Source: Williopsis jadinii
Taxonomy: Eukaryota
Length of the DNA stretch: 64,000 nt
Reading direction: 5' to 3'
Assembly: GCA_024346625.1 (NCBI GenBank)
Contig: AP024667.1
Location: 1,240,001 to 1,304,000 of the forward strand
Positions 45,001 to 56,900 of the stretch are shown in pieces (position 1 is the first letter of the stretch; every line of letters begins with the position of its first letter). The position numbers and the translations under genes were made by a program. The notes under the pieces were generated by a model. It was not told the DNA's origin and did no database searches. It worked only from the letters and a program-made list of their open reading frames with translations.

Positions 45001-46452
45001 TCTGAAGAATCATCTGAAATATCATCTGAAGAATCATCTGAAGAGTCCTCTGAAGAGTCCTCTGAAGAATCCTCTGAAGAGTCCTCTGAAGAATCCTCTG
45101 AAGAGTCCTCTGAAGTATCATCTGAAGAATCATCTGAAGAGTCCTCTGAGGAATCATCTGAAGTATCCTCCGCAGAATCTTCTGCTGAATCCTCTGAGGA
45201 ATCCTCTGAAGAGTCCTCGGAGCCTTCCACTGAAACCACTTCGGAATCACCAGACATTACGCTAACCTCGTCTACAGAAACCACCACTGTTACTGCGGAC
45301 AGCACTACACTTGTCACCATCACGAGCTGTGAGGATAACAAGTGCCATGAAACCGAGGCTCCAACTGGTGTCACTGTCGTCACCGAGACCATTTCCGGTG
45401 TCGTTACTTCTTACACCACGTACTGCCCATTGACTTACCTCACCACCAAGACCTACACTGAGAAGATCGTTTGTGTTACCGTCCCATGTGAGGTTTGTGA
45501 AGAGGGTGCCACTACTATCACCAAGACCATCGTATGTGAAGATGAGTGTTACGATGTTATTGTCACTCAGACAAAGACCATTGTTACTGCTACTGGTGGC
45601 TCAGTCATTACTACTGGTGTTGCCAAGACGTACGGTACTGGTGCCGAGGCCACTGTTACAACTGTGACTGTTGTTAGCACTGTTGGTGGTTCACCTCTGA
45701 CTACTGTTGCTGTTGAGAGCTACGGTGTTGCTGTTGACGAGGTTGTTATCACCAAGGCCGAGACTGCTGAAGTTGTTGTCGGTGGTAGTACTACTTACTC
45801 AGTTTCCGAGGTTGTCGAGACCACTAAGGTCACTAACACCGTTACTTTGGAGGCTGCTTCTTCCACTGAATCTGGATCATCTGGTTCCTCTGGTGAAGCT
45901 GGATCATCTGGTTCCTCTGGTGAAGCTGGATCATCTGGTTCCTCTGGTTCCTCTGGTTCCTCTGGTTCCTCTGGTTCCTCTGGTTCCTCTGGTTCCTCTG
46001 GTTCCTCTGGTTCCTCTGGATCCTCTGGATCCTCTGGCGAATCTGGATCATCTGGTTCCTCTGGTGAAGCTGGATCATCTGGTTCCTCAGGTTCCTCAGG
46101 TTCATCAGGTTCCTCTGGTTCCTCAGGTTCCTCTGGTTCCTCTGGCGAATCTGGATCATCTGGTTCATCTGGTTCCTCTGGTTCCTCAGGTTCCTCAGGT
46201 TCCTCTGGCGAATCTGGATCATCTGGTTCCTCAGGTTCCTCAGGTTCATCTGGTTCCTCAGGTTCATCTGGAACCTCTGGCGAATCTGGATCATCGGGTT
46301 CCTCAGGTTCATCTGGTGGAGCTGGTGAAGCTGGAACCTCTGGTTCCTCTGGCTCTTCCACCACCGCAGATATCTCTGCTTATGAAGGTGCAGCATCTAA
46401 GACGGTGATTTCAGCTCTTTCTGCCCTTATTTTCGCTGTTGCTTTGATTTGA
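42034..46452 (+). CDS. Large GPI-anchored cell-wall adhesin/flocculin-like glycoprotein
   Basis: Signal peptide [24 protein letters not shown], repeated beta-rich domains, SEET and SEES stalks, [10 protein letters not shown]...YTTYCPL (flocculin type 3-like), SSG repeats and a hydrophobic C-terminal GPI signal (YEGAA...ALIFAVALI). Confidence 0.9.
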   Translation: MKFSFHLLILALFTSWVSCSSLAAAYREVYGKDLILEVEDELPPDGIDSTVQRLEKRLNEGITPTLAGSYDNGVLSWTVTATVTGAFSLNVALEADEGSVTFDFDNVVAAVTISDGTDDVDGETYTSSTSLGQSVVDYTSGTTGTEYVVTLIFSATTTATTGPWIAKGSGEVTDDNNDDVAVTIEPATVEAEGKGNAGITPTLAGSYDNGVLSWTVTATVTGAFSLNVALEADEGSVTFDFDNVVAAVTISDGTDDVDGETYTSSTSLGQSVVDYTSGTTGTEYVVTLIFSATTTATTGPWIAKGSGEVTDDNNDDVAVTIEPATVEAEGKGNAGITPTLAGSYDNGVLSWTVTATVTGAFSLNVALEADEGSVTFDFDNVVAAVTISDGTDDVDGETYTSSTSLGQSVVDYTSGTTGTEYVVTLIFSATTTATTGPWIAKGSGEVTDDNNDDVAVTIEPATVVVTTSESSEESSEETSEETSEETSEETSEETSEETSEETSEETSEETSEETSEETSEETSEEISEETSEQTSEETSEETSEETSEETSEETSEETSEETSEETSEETSEETSEETSEETSEEISEETSEETSEETSEETSEETSEETSEETSEETSQETSEETSEESSEETSEETSEEPTTDSTSESTAESSSESSSESALPTEPVLSGEFNPEDETAVWNVAIPGNLGAWTSVEVTITKEAVTGEDYDFSSATVYLNGQVYSSAVVSVSADLITVTLSESIGEDDLITITFIGDTTGGYEWTSLVHVRIELPDERLAKRAVLEYDLVLTVVNEAAVPSESESASESESASEESSEESSEESSEESSEESSEESSEESSEESSEESSEESSEESSEVSSAESSEESSEESSEESSEESSEESSAESSEESSAESSEESSAESSEESSEISSEESSEESSEESSEESSEESSEESSEESSEVSSAESSEESSEESSAESSEESSEISSEESSEESSEESSEESSEESSEESSEISSEESSEESSEESSEESSEESSEESSEESSEVSSEESSEESSEESSEVSSAESSAESSEESSEESSEPSTETTSESPDITLTSSTETTTVTADSTTLVTITSCEDNKCHETEAPTGVTVVTETISGVVTSYTTYCPLTYLTTKTYTEKIVCVTVPCEVCEEGATTITKTIVCEDECYDVIVTQTKTIVTATGGSVITTGVAKTYGTGAEATVTTVTVVSTVGGSPLTTVAVESYGVAVDEVVITKAETAEVVVGGSTTYSVSEVVETTKVTNTVTLEAASSTESGSSGSSGEAGSSGSSGEAGSSGSSGSSGSSGSSGSSGSSGSSGSSGSSGSSGSSGESGSSGSSGEAGSSGSSGSSGSSGSSGSSGSSGSSGESGSSGSSGSSGSSGSSGSSGESGSSGSSGSSGSSGSSGSSGTSGESGSSGSSGSSGGAGEAGTSGSSGSSTTADISAYEGAASKTVISALSALIFAVALI
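42214..43423 (+). repeat. Three tandem 411-bp (137-aa) repeats
   Basis: Units start at 42214, 42625 and 43036; no nucleotide differences seen by eye; the third unit lacks the last 8 codons. Confidence 0.95.
43438..43955 (+). repeat. 12-bp minisatellite encoding (SEET)n
   Basis: Variants of tctgaagagacc / tctgaggagaca / agtgaagaaacc. Confidence 0.95.
44470..45222 (+). repeat. 12-bp minisatellite encoding (SEES)n
   Basis: Variants of tctgaagaatcc / tctgaagagtcc. Confidence 0.95.
45871..46358 (+). repeat. 9-bp minisatellite encoding (SSG)n
   Basis: tcctctggt repeated, with interspersed GE(A/S)G units. Confidence 0.95.
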
Positions 46453-47106
46453 TTTCAGGTCGCTTGCAACACGCTCTTTCACTTCGAATTGGATTCTTTT
46501 GTAACGTTTTTTGATTTCGAAATCTGTTCAAGTTTCCAGCGTATTTCCATTCCATTGGGACTCATTATTTTATTTCTTCTCTATAGGTGGTTTTGAGTCG
46601 CAGGATCTGCGTTCCGATACATTGTTTTGTATTGTTGTACCTATAATATATCTTTTTTACTTTTAAATCAAATGTATCTCAAAACATCATTGGCTTGAAG
46701 AAAGTAGAAGGCCATACTCATGAATCAAACATATATGACTCAAAGACGTGGAACAGAAGTCATCGGTCCATGTTTAACAGACTGTAAAATTCACAAGATC
46801 AACAAACATTGTACAGAGTCCACTCTATGAGACATCAATTTTTAGAAGAGTACAATGTTCTTTGAAGAGGGTAATTAGTCAAGTGTGAGCACCACCGCTG
46901 TTGCCATGCACCACACATAATTACACCCATAGCTCCGATTATTACCTAATATATTATATAAGCCACTGTGGTTACGTAATCAAACGTCGAGAAAAAAATA
47001 GTACGCTTCGTCCAATCACCGCCAAATAAAAGTTTTACTCGAAATATATAAAGAACATACAGCTTACTTCGTCAAGAGAGTGTGTCGTTGAGGAGTTTTT
47101 TCATCA

Positions 47107-47952
47107 ATGTTTGCGATTAAGTCATTTGTGAGCCCATCTTCTTCGAAATCATGGAGTGTGCAATCCCGCTGTTTATCACTTTTGTCCAACTTGAAACCTT
47201 CCAACAACTCTACTAGAAATCACAAGAGAGTTGGTCGTGGTCCGTCATCAGGTTATGGTAAGACCTCTGGACGTGGTCAAAAGGGACAGAAGGCTCGTGG
47301 AACTGTGAAGCCATGGTTTGAAGGTGGTCAGACTCCAATCACCAAACTTTTCCCTAAGATTGGATTCAAGAGGGTCAATGCTCCAGAACTTGCGGTGCTG
47401 AACTTGGAAAGAGTTATGAGATTCCACCGTGACGGTAGATTGGTGTTGAAGGAGGGTGAAGTTTTGAACATGAGAAAGATGAAGCAGCTGGGATTAATCA
47501 CCGGTACTCTGAGAGACGGTGTTAAAGTGCTTGCAAGCGGAAAGGAGAAGTTCAACTTGCCTCTCAGAATTGAAGCCACTAGAGCGTCCACCGAGGCAAT
47601 CAGGGCAATTGAACGAGCTGGTGGGGAATTCACAGCGAGATATTTCACCAAACTTTCCTTAAAGGCCCACCTCTACCCTGAATATTTCTTCTTCAAGAGA
47701 GGATATATCCCATTGAGCGCCAGACCTACAAAGAAAAGAGACGTCCACTATTACAGCAGAGTGGACAAGAGAGGTTACTTGGTCAAGGAGAACCACCACT
47801 TGTACCAGGCCATCCAAAACGCTAAGACTTCAAAGCCGAAGAAGACAAATGTTACAACAGAAGGAATGGAAACCCTGGGCTCTACTGTAAATGACAGTGC
47901 ATCTGGGTTCCAAACTTCAGGTGTAATGAAACTTTCGGACTTGAACTTGTAA
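47107..47952 (+). CDS. MRPL10: Mitochondrial ribosomal protein uL15m
   Basis: [43 protein letters not shown]. Confidence 0.95.
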   Translation: MFAIKSFVSPSSSKSWSVQSRCLSLLSNLKPSNNSTRNHKRVGRGPSSGYGKTSGRGQKGQKARGTVKPWFEGGQTPITKLFPKIGFKRVNAPELAVLNLERVMRFHRDGRLVLKEGEVLNMRKMKQLGLITGTLRDGVKVLASGKEKFNLPLRIEATRASTEAIRAIERAGGEFTARYFTKLSLKAHLYPEYFFFKRGYIPLSARPTKKRDVHYYSRVDKRGYLVKENHHLYQAIQNAKTSKPKKTNVTTEGMETLGSTVNDSASGFQTSGVMKLSDLNL

Positions 47953-48714
47953 ATATTATATACCGTGTAAATAAACCAACGATTCTCCCTCGCCATCTGA
48001 ACGTAGGAACTGAGTGGTTTCACGGCACTATTTTTAAGCGACTTCCATTCTTCTCTATACAGAATATGCGATGTGCATTCTTGGTAGCGAAGATCGTGTG
48101 CTCCTGCCTAGAAACCGTAGATCGTTCCTTCTCCGCCCAGGGAAAGGATCTCCCGCCAGCCTAGCACGGAGGAACTCCCGCCCAAGCTGAAAGACCCCTC
48201 TGCCTAGAGCCCAAAAGGGAAAGTGTAAACAAACCTTTCACAGGGCGCAGAGCGAGAAAAACACAAAAACAAAACACAAAAAGCACAAAAACAGTACACA
48301 AAAAGTGCCCTGTTTTTTTTCTTCTTTCTTCCTCTTTGAAATGTAAACAAACATTTAAACCAAACATTCCACTCTGGCGAAACAAAATAATCCCATCTGC
48401 TTCATTGGAGAATACTTCGTATAGTGCTATTATATCATCTCCAGTTAGACCGCTCTGTTCAGTGATCTGTTTTTCTCGTCGTTCTTTTCATTTTGTTGGC
48501 TTCATAGAGGTTGGCGGTTAATTTTGGAAGAACACCATAACACCAACTTGAACTACAACTTGATCAAGTCGTTGACGACTGAAAATCTCTCTTCACAGAA
48601 GCTCAAGTGTGGGCTCCCCTAAGTGTACTATCTGAGGCTCATCAGAACTTCTGTCTTCTCAATTAGGCTTCGATTTAAGCTTGGTACTGTCGTCAACACT
48701 GAATCGATCATTCC

Positions 48715-51135
48715 ATGTCCACTGACACTACAAGACCTCGTCGTCAGAGCTTCCAACACAAGGCTCGGTCTAAGGAGGTGAGATTTGGATCTTATATTCT
48801 AGGCTCAACTTTAGGTGAAGGAGAGTTTGGTAAGGTTAAACTGTGTTGGAGGAAAGACGGGAAACAGCCATCACAAGTAGCCATCAAATTCATCCGCCGT
48901 GAGTCGATTCCAAGGGGCTCTGAAAGGGAATCGAAAGTACACAGAGAGATTAATGCATTGAAAAGATTGACACATCCAAACATCATTAGATTGGAAGAGG
49001 TGTTACAAAATGACAAGTACATCGGTATCGTACTGGAATACGCGTCGGGTGGTGAATTGTTTGACTACATCTTACAACACAGATATTTAAAGGACTCACT
49101 AGCGTGTAGATTATTTGCACAGTTGGTGAGCGGTGTTTATTATATGCACTCTAAAGGGATTGTGCATAGAGATTTGAAGCTGGAGAACTTGTTGTTGGAT
49201 AAACATAAAAATATCGTCATCACAGATTTTGGGTTTGTCAACTCGTTCACTTCAGAATCTGAACTCATGAAAACGTCATGCGGCTCTCCATGCTACGCGG
49301 CGCCCGAATTGGTGATATCTAATGAGCCATATGAGGCGAGAAAAGTTGATATTTGGTCCTGTGGAGTAATTTTGTATGCAATGCTTGCTGGATATTTACC
49401 GTTTGATGATGATCCGCAAAACCCAGATGGCGATAACATTGCAAGATTGTACCAATATATCACAACAACTCCATTGACATTTCCAGAGTACGTGGAACCA
49501 ATGCCCAGGGACTTGCTAAGAAGAATATTAGTTTCTAATCCGAAAAAAAGACTGAACTTGAAAGAGATTCGAAGTCATTCATGGTTGGTTCCACATGCAC
49601 CATTCTTATCGGTGACACCAGCTGAGTGGGATGAGAACATTAGAACTGCCAATAAGGTAGAGTCTATGTCCTTCGCACAACAACGTTTCAAGGACAAGTC
49701 TACATCGAAGAACGATTATAGAAGATACTCTCTTATTGAAAGCGTCCCATCTCTTCATTCCCATAATAACAACAGTGGAACTAACCAACAGATGTTATAT
49801 TCGAACCCATTACCCCCGCAAACGTCCTCAAGTCATGCAATGGCTATACCGTCTTCTGCTTCGTCAACATCTATTCAAGAACAGTTGAAGATTGGGACTC
49901 CGAAAGGTCATACAAGAACTAATTCAGTACAGTCATATACATCTGCGTCGTTGGCATTGCAGGCAGTTGTCGACGCAGATGAAATAAGAAATCACTCTTC
50001 ATCTCCGCCATTGCCGTCCTCTTCTTCAGCGTACGGATTGGACAGCTTTGTGCGTCATAATAGCGATACAAAGATCAAGGTTAATATTCCAAGGTCAACG
50101 ACACATACAGGTATAGCAAATTTGTCCAACTTTTCTAGGGAACAACAACAGGGAATTTCTACTATTGAAGAATCCCCAGCAAAGACTGGGAAACATGTAC
50201 AGGTTTCAGATGTACACACAGATTTCATCGTACCGAAGATACCAATGAATTCGAATAACTATCATCAAGCCATTGGTACACAGAAGCTACCGGGTCCAAA
50301 AGGAGGCAGAAGACCAAGACCAACTTCGTATCATCCAGGTTACTATTCCACTGGGATGTCACAAGATCAATCCGATTACCGAAACTCTACACAAATGGCT
50401 AACCAAGTTTCTACGACTCAATTTGGAAGATCCGAATCCAACAATTCTGTGGCATCATTGGCAAATCAAAAGATATCTGCTCCGTCTGTTGAATTGGTAC
50501 AAGCTGAAGGTGACATTACCAGTCCAAAATCTCCCCTGATGAGTGCAAAGACATTCAACGGGATTGAAACTGCAGAAAACAATGAGAATTTCTGTGTTGA
50601 TGCTATAGAGAAATCACAGGCAGACTTATCGTCTTCGTCAATATCTCAAAAGAAGCAGAATAGATATTCAGCCGTGATCGCTGCAGAAGTGTTGATGGAG
50701 AAGCTGTTCAATACAGGTGATGTTCATACTTCCAATGATGGTGATCTATCCAAATTGGATTCACACATATCTAATGGGACCAAGTCCAATATCTCTACAA
50801 CTACCAAGGATACATCTGTTACTGGGTCCCCTGATACCGAGAACCAGCAATTGAGCAGGCCTCCCGCAAAGACCAACTCCAACAGTAGAAACAAAAGATT
50901 TTCCTTTTTGGGGTTTTACTCTGCACAACCGGATTCCAGATCTTCCATCTCTGTTGATTCCTCTAATCAGAAAAGAACCAATAAAAAGAAAGTATTGGAG
51001 CCTTCCAACGGGGCAAACATTAACAATCCAAAGAATGAAGCTGCAATTCAATACACTAGTTTTGAACAGAGGAAGGAACCTTCAACGGCTAGGAAAGTTA
51101 TGGATTTCTTCAAAAGAAGAAGCTTACGGATGTGA
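48715..51135 (+). CDS. KIN4: Kin4/Frk1-family Ser/Thr protein kinase
   Basis: FGSYILGSTLGEGEFGKVKL, HRDLKLEN, TSCGSPCYAAPE, YLPFDDDPQNPDGDNIARLY and C-terminal STARKVMDFFKRRS. Confidence 0.85.
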   Translation: MSTDTTRPRRQSFQHKARSKEVRFGSYILGSTLGEGEFGKVKLCWRKDGKQPSQVAIKFIRRESIPRGSERESKVHREINALKRLTHPNIIRLEEVLQNDKYIGIVLEYASGGELFDYILQHRYLKDSLACRLFAQLVSGVYYMHSKGIVHRDLKLENLLLDKHKNIVITDFGFVNSFTSESELMKTSCGSPCYAAPELVISNEPYEARKVDIWSCGVILYAMLAGYLPFDDDPQNPDGDNIARLYQYITTTPLTFPEYVEPMPRDLLRRILVSNPKKRLNLKEIRSHSWLVPHAPFLSVTPAEWDENIRTANKVESMSFAQQRFKDKSTSKNDYRRYSLIESVPSLHSHNNNSGTNQQMLYSNPLPPQTSSSHAMAIPSSASSTSIQEQLKIGTPKGHTRTNSVQSYTSASLALQAVVDADEIRNHSSSPPLPSSSSAYGLDSFVRHNSDTKIKVNIPRSTTHTGIANLSNFSREQQQGISTIEESPAKTGKHVQVSDVHTDFIVPKIPMNSNNYHQAIGTQKLPGPKGGRRPRPTSYHPGYYSTGMSQDQSDYRNSTQMANQVSTTQFGRSESNNSVASLANQKISAPSVELVQAEGDITSPKSPLMSAKTFNGIETAENNENFCVDAIEKSQADLSSSSISQKKQNRYSAVIAAEVLMEKLFNTGDVHTSNDGDLSKLDSHISNGTKSNISTTTKDTSVTGSPDTENQQLSRPPAKTNSNSRNKRFSFLGFYSAQPDSRSSISVDSSNQKRTNKKKVLEPSNGANINNPKNEAAIQYTSFEQRKEPSTARKVMDFFKRRSLRM

Positions 51136-51488
51136 TACCATTGTTTATGTTTTGGTACGTGATGATGAACAACATTGTTTTATTTGGGTTTTCTGTGTCC
51201 TTTTTATAATGATTTTACACAACTATGTTATAATGTTTTGTTTTTTTATATCTTTCTCTTTCCATTTTTAAATCTAATTGATGAAATAATATTGTTTATA
51301 ACCAACAACTTTGTAATATGTGTATACATTTCATATCAATTAATTGATTTATAAATAAATAGATAAAGAAAAAAAGAGATAAATAAATAAGGATAGAATT
51401 TTTAATCTTTGGAATAAATAAGTGTCCAGCCATTATTGGGATATTGGAAGGACAGGACCAAAAGGAAAAGACAAACAACAGCAGCATT

Positions 51489-51755
51489 TTAATCCTTCCA
51501 CCAACTGGTCTTCTCCAGCTTCCAGATACCGTTGGTCTTGAATGCCTGTGGAGCAACTGCTTCATCACTCTGCGCTCTGAATTTACCAGTCAATCTGAAG
51601 TCACGTTCAATGAGTTGTTTTTCAAACTGATCCAAGTTATAGCGAACCCTCTTGTTATCGTTGGTCAGGTATCGTGAGACAGACACATAAGAACCACCTG
51701 CGGTCAAGAAAGTCAAGATAATGCCCCATGGCAGTAAACCCTCGAATGGAATCAT
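51489..51755 (-). CDS. Complex I accessory subunit NDUFA1 (MWFE/NIMM)
   Basis: MIPFEGLLPWGII, a single TM segment, then RYNLDQFEKQLIERDFRLTG. ATG at 51755. Confidence 0.85.
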   Translation of the reverse strand: MIPFEGLLPWGIILTFLTAGGSYVSVSRYLTNDNKRVRYNLDQFEKQLIERDFRLTGKFRAQSDEAVAPQAFKTNGIWKLEKTSWWKD

Positions 51756-52334
51756 CTCTTGGTCTACTTCGATTACGTCGTTGTTACTCTGAGATGTGTA
51801 TTTCAAAGAGGAGGAAGTGCGTGGTTTGAAAGGGGATTTTACTGTTTTTTTTTCCCTCCCCCCCTACGCTCCAAATTTCCTCCGGTGTTGTCGATGGAGA
51901 CAAAATCCGAGGGCAAACTGAAAGTTTTACGAGGGTGTGGCTATACCAATATTGAGTGTGAAAGGTCTACGTGCTCCGACCAAATATCAACAATAAGATA
52001 CAGAAGACCGGGAAATTCCGGGGCATACAGTTATTGTCTTACGCGGATTTTCCCACCATGAAGATCCATTTCATTGGTGATATCTACGCTATTACGAGAT
52101 AGAAAAGTTACAACGGTACAGTTCACTCATTCAATCGTACAAAATAGGTCCCTTTTCCATATTTTTTTTTAAGAAGAACTATACATATATTCTTTTTGTA
52201 GATTGGTGAAAAAAAGATATACATAGAATGATGATGATCGGACCGGCAGTTGGATATCTTTTTTCAAGTAGATATAATACCCAGGTCAAGAGACAACGGG
52301 GGAGCCTTTACTCGCCTCTCTCTATCAATGACGT

Positions 52335-53427
52335 TTAAGCCAAAGATGGGAAGTTTTCCTCGGTCAAGCTTGGACCAGTAGCGTGGGAAGCCTTTGGAGC
52401 TCTTGGGGTTCTAGCAGCGTTGTTCTTACCACCACGGGAGCCTCTGGCGTTACCACGAGAGGAGCCACGGCCACCACGGCCACCACGGAAGGAGGACTCG
52501 TGTTGAGCTGGAGCCTCATCGGCAAAGGTTGCAGAGAAGTCCAAGTATTGCTTAGTCTTGAGGGTCTTAGACTTCTCCTTCTTGGACTTGGTCTGTGGGA
52601 TGAACTCCTCTTCGACCTTGACGATCACAGCAGCCTCATCGACAGCCTCAACCTTTCTGGCCTCACGTTGAGAGGAGGTGTTTGAAGCCTCAAGCTCCTT
52701 GAAGTAGTCCTCAAGGGACTTCTTAGCAACCTTCTCCTCCTTCAACTCATCTTGGGCATCCTCAGCACCTTCAACCTCAGCCTCGAGCTCACCTTCAGCA
52801 TCGGCAGTCCAGCCAGCTTGCTTGACCTTCTTGTCAGAGTCGGTCTTACCGGATCTGGAGTGACGGTCAAACTTGGACTTGTTGTTGGACTTGGCGCCCT
52901 TGGCCTTTGACTCATCAACAGATCTGGACTTGTTGGCAGATCTACCAGCGTTCTTGTCCTTGAAAGCAGCATCGTTACCGGTTGGTTGTGGACGGTTCTT
53001 TCTGGCCTTGTCCTTGTTGGCAGATGGTGGTGGAACATCAGCCTTCTTGGAGGAGGTGTTCTTCTTGACAATCTCTCTTGGGACGGAGTTAACCTCGTTC
53101 ACGTCCTCAACGTCATTGCCCAAAAGGTCAAATGGGTTCTGTAGAGTTGTTAGTACACGAACGCTTACTGTATAACTCGGAGTTGGGCAACAAACATCGG
53201 AGGAGGGGGGCAAGCAATCTTGTGAGGGTATATACGCGCACCACTGTCTTGTGACTAATGAGCTTTTCTCTTCCCACAGTAACGTACATCTGCCAGGATC
53301 AACAAGACGTTGAAATTCTGTTCGTTGTAGAGAACACACGCAGAGGTTACAGCCAATCTTTTAAAACCTCGGCGGGACACCATGATTATCACCACTTCAT
53401 ACAAATTAGCGTCTTTTAACCTCAAAT

Positions 53428-53472
<45 letters not shown>

Positions 53473-53579
53473 GAGACACAGGGAAAAGAAGCCACAGTAC
53501 AGTTACACCACGAAGAGTCACTTTCAAAACCATGCGATACTCCCAGACACCAAATTCTTCACTATCAACTTACGCTCAT
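52335..53579 (-). CDS. STM1: Ribosome preservation factor Stm1, two exons (53579-53574, 53138-52335)
   Basis: Spliced N-terminus MSNPFDLLGNDVED, then SSKKADVPPPSA, DRHSRSGK, an RGG box and terminal NFPSLA. Confidence 0.93.
53242..53427 (-). ncRNA. Putative intronic box H/ACA snoRNA (snR43-like guide)
   Basis: Hairpin 1 GAGGTTA/TAACCTC plus GCTAAT/ATTGGC, H box ACAGAA (53321-53316), hairpin 2 TCTTGT/ACAAGA and ACA followed by 3 nt. Pocket strands ATCCT and GGGAAG are complementary to conserved LSU rRNA UUUCCCUCAGGAU. Confidence 0.6.
53428..53471 (+). repeat. (ACAG)11 microsatellite in the STM1 intron
   Basis: Perfect tetranucleotide run. Confidence 0.95.
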
Positions 53580-53982
53580 CTTGTATTGGGGGAAAGATAT
53601 ATAGGTGAATACTAAGTCAGAGAGAACTTATAGAGAAGAGAGAAAAGGCCTTGAGATTTCGTTGAACTTTCCACTTTTTTTTTTCAGCGTCGGCGTCGAA
53701 AAATTTCAACTTCCGCTTCGAGTAAATCTCAGCATGCAACCTGTGTAGGAACTTCGCCGTCCGGCGTAAATATCAGCACGCTGAAAAAAGAAGATCTTCG
53801 CGAATTTTTGTTGTTGCTGTGGTTGCTTTTAAACTCTAAGCAGCGTTATGAACCCCGTCGTTTGTTTGCAGGATTTATTCTGGTGTCTTTTTGGTAGCTT
53901 CAACACTTTCTTCAATGATAATAATGGTGATTGATATATATATATACTGGAAAGAAAAGAAGAGAGAGGGACTAGGAGACAA

Positions 53983-56900
53983 TCATCTCTCTTCGTTAAT
54001 GTACACGTCGCCAACGCGGCCGAAGAAGGCCTTCAACGCTGTTCTCAGCTCTGTAGGAACGCTCTTGTCCAAGATGTTCAACATCAAGTCGTAAACGTGT
54101 GGACAGTTCCTTATAAAGTCCTTCTCCTCCAATTCACAATACCCTTGGAGGATTTCAACAACGACTGGTCTCCATGTGGCCACGTTTCTCTGCTGCTTGT
54201 TATCATCGAGCTGTGTGTATCTCTCAATAATGGAGACGCACATGGGGATTAGGCTTGCGCTTATGCCATCCTTTTGCTTCTGTGAAATCTTCCCTGCATC
54301 GCTGTACACTTTAAAGGTGACACCGATGTACACCGCAGCTGAAGAGGATTCCTGTTTTAGGAGATTCGGCAATCTATCAATAACACCGGACTTCCACAAT
54401 CTCACTCTAAGGTTGTAATCGTCGTTGAACTTTCTCGAGAATCTGAACGATCTCTCCAAGAGACTCGTAAGTCTCATCAAATTATTGTACGGAACCAAGT
54501 CATAAAATTGCTCATCTTCGAATAGTTCGCTAACAGTCTCAATCATTAAAAGTTGCAAGATACACTTGATAACGATCGAATTCTTGGTCCTTGATTTGGA
54601 ACGCAACTCGCCAGAACCCTTGGCCTTCAAAACATTCCCGTTAGACTGTCCGTTGGACAATGTGCTACCAACATCAACACTCTCCGACTCGTTGAGGGCA
54701 ACGCTAGATGGGGACTCTGCTATAGAACTCTCAGCTCTTAAGGGATCGGCGTCGAACAATTCATTAACAGTGGTCAACTCAAATAGTTTCTCAAACGCAT
54801 CGGTAACTTTATCCCAATGGTCTTGGGTGAACTTGTCCATGTTTTGAGTAATTAACTGTTGGAAACATGATCTTCCAATTCTGGCTATGGTGTCGTTCTC
54901 TTGGCATATACAAGAGATCAATAAACCAAGGTACCCATCCAACATTCTACTCAGAGTATCAAAGTAATGGGTGAATAGAGCAACCATGTTTCTCAAAGCC
55001 TGGATCAGAGTAGTTGATAACCAAACAGACATGTCATCGTGGCTGTTGAATTGGTTAATCTCCCAATGTTTCGAAAGAACTCCAAAGATTGGGAACAAAA
55101 GTTCAACACAGATCTTATCCCAAAACTCTGGACTGAACCTGTTTCCAAACTGCACCAAGATATCAAACATGTAGTTCAATGCCCTAGATCTGATTTCCAA
55201 ATCCTCCGAGGTCATAATAACATCATTAAGACTTGAGAGTCCTGGATACCACAGATCCTTGAATAGATCCTTGTGATGCTTTAGAATAGGATCATCAGGC
55301 TGGGAATCCAGGGTAAGCTCTGCAACTCTAATGATTATCTTCTTCGTTCTGTTCAAACTCTGCAGTCCAACTTTCTGGAACTTGGAGTTCTTTGCAATTG
55401 TAGCTAAAACACCAACAAGTTCACCAAAAGTCTCCTCCTGTAATAAAACAGTCTCAGCATGGTCTCTGTAAACAGAATCGACAATCTCGTAGGTTTTACG
55501 AACAGAATTTTCATTGGTATCGTTCGCAGTATAATCTAAAGCAGTGAAAATAGTCTTCCAACCAGATTTGATCTTTGAACCCTTCAATTGGATCAAATTG
55601 CTCAAACAGTTTAAGATCATATCTGTCACCTCAAGGTCATTAGCGTGTTGTAGGATGTAGTTGAATGGCTTCAAGAAATCTTCTTGGAATTTAAAGCCCG
55701 CCAACTCTTCAATGTCCATGAAACGCATAGATAACTGTCTCAACGAATCCAACGCAAAGAAAATAACAGACAGGTTATGGTCTTTATCAATGATTTTCTT
55801 GAAAAATTCAGAAATGACATTCCAAATACTTGTGTACTCAACTCTGATTCTTCCCATATTATAGTGACAAACATCGATAACCTTTTGAAGTGAGAAAGTT
55901 CTTGGTGTAGTGCTGTCCGAGGAAGACTCAATCTCCTCGAAAGCAACTTCAGTAAGTGCTTTGATGAAATCCACGATTGCCGTACCGTTCAATGTTGAAC
56001 TCTGAGTAAAAATCTTGTCAATGGCAATTGAAATTTCAGATGATGCCAATCTTAACCCGATTTCCGGATCCAAGCGTTGATCGTAGTGATCAATTTGTGC
56101 TTGTTCAATCGGCGTTGCTTTCTTACCTAGACCAAAGAAATAACCAGTGTTGTGACTTCTGACACTCTCTAATGAGGTTCTATGAACTCTAGCATTAGCA
56201 ACATCAGGAACAACATCTGCTTGAATACCCTTAGCGATCAATTGTAATCTTTCGGTTTGCGACACAGTAGTCAAAATATCTCTCCACGAGCCCTTCATAT
56301 GATTTCCAAACTGCTCACCACATTTCAAAAGTAACAGAATAACTTCAACGTTTTTGTTTTGCATTTCCTTGACATTGGTCAAGTTAGTGAACTGAACCAA
56401 TGCACCAATGAATGAAGTTCTTGCATCTTCCAGATCAAATATAGAGGAGATGGAAATAGCCAATTTCAAACCTTCCAAACACGAGGCAACAGCGTCCTCA
56501 TCATCCTCAGACTTCAATAAGCTTGTCAAAACTGCCAAGAAAGACATCCATAACGTATCAAAGATAGACTTAACATGCTCTATGTGGGAAGCAGAGTAGA
56601 AAACAGTCTTTCCAGAGCGTCCCAATGTCTTGAACAGTTTCTCTGTCTTATTGGAAATCTCTTTTGAGGCTTGTATATACGCTTCTCTGTTAACATCACG
56701 TCCACTAAATAGAGCAAATCCCTGCGGTTGAGCTGGAGCCAATTCACCAGACAACAATGCTGCATGTTGTTCCGACTGAAGTTTGATCTCATTTTTAGCA
56801 ATCTCGTTGAAGATATCGGTCAAGAACTCATCTGGTAAGTTTTGTTCGTTGTCAATACCAGAGTTGTTCTTCAAGAAGTCTTCAACAGTCATTCTATTCT

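Larger units (their letters stand above)
53139..53573 (-). other. 435-nt spliceosomal intron in STM1 after a 6-nt coding exon
   Basis: ATG AGC|GTAAGT at 53573, TACTAAC at 53155-53149, CAG ending at 53139. Confidence 0.9.

Noticed and set aside
42214..46358. Regular repeats as a possible CRISPR array
   Set aside because: The context is eukaryotic, the repeats are in-frame coding units with no unique spacers, and there are no cas genes.
43403..46408. Long alternative-frame and antisense ORFs (LKRH/LKNP, ILQR, EEP, RNQ repeats) over the adhesin
   Set aside because: They are by-products of stop-free minisatellites in the real CDS.
51140..51420. Very AT-rich stretch as a replication origin
   Set aside because: It is adequately explained as the shared terminator region of convergent KIN4-like and NDUFA1 genes; only imperfect ARS-consensus matches.
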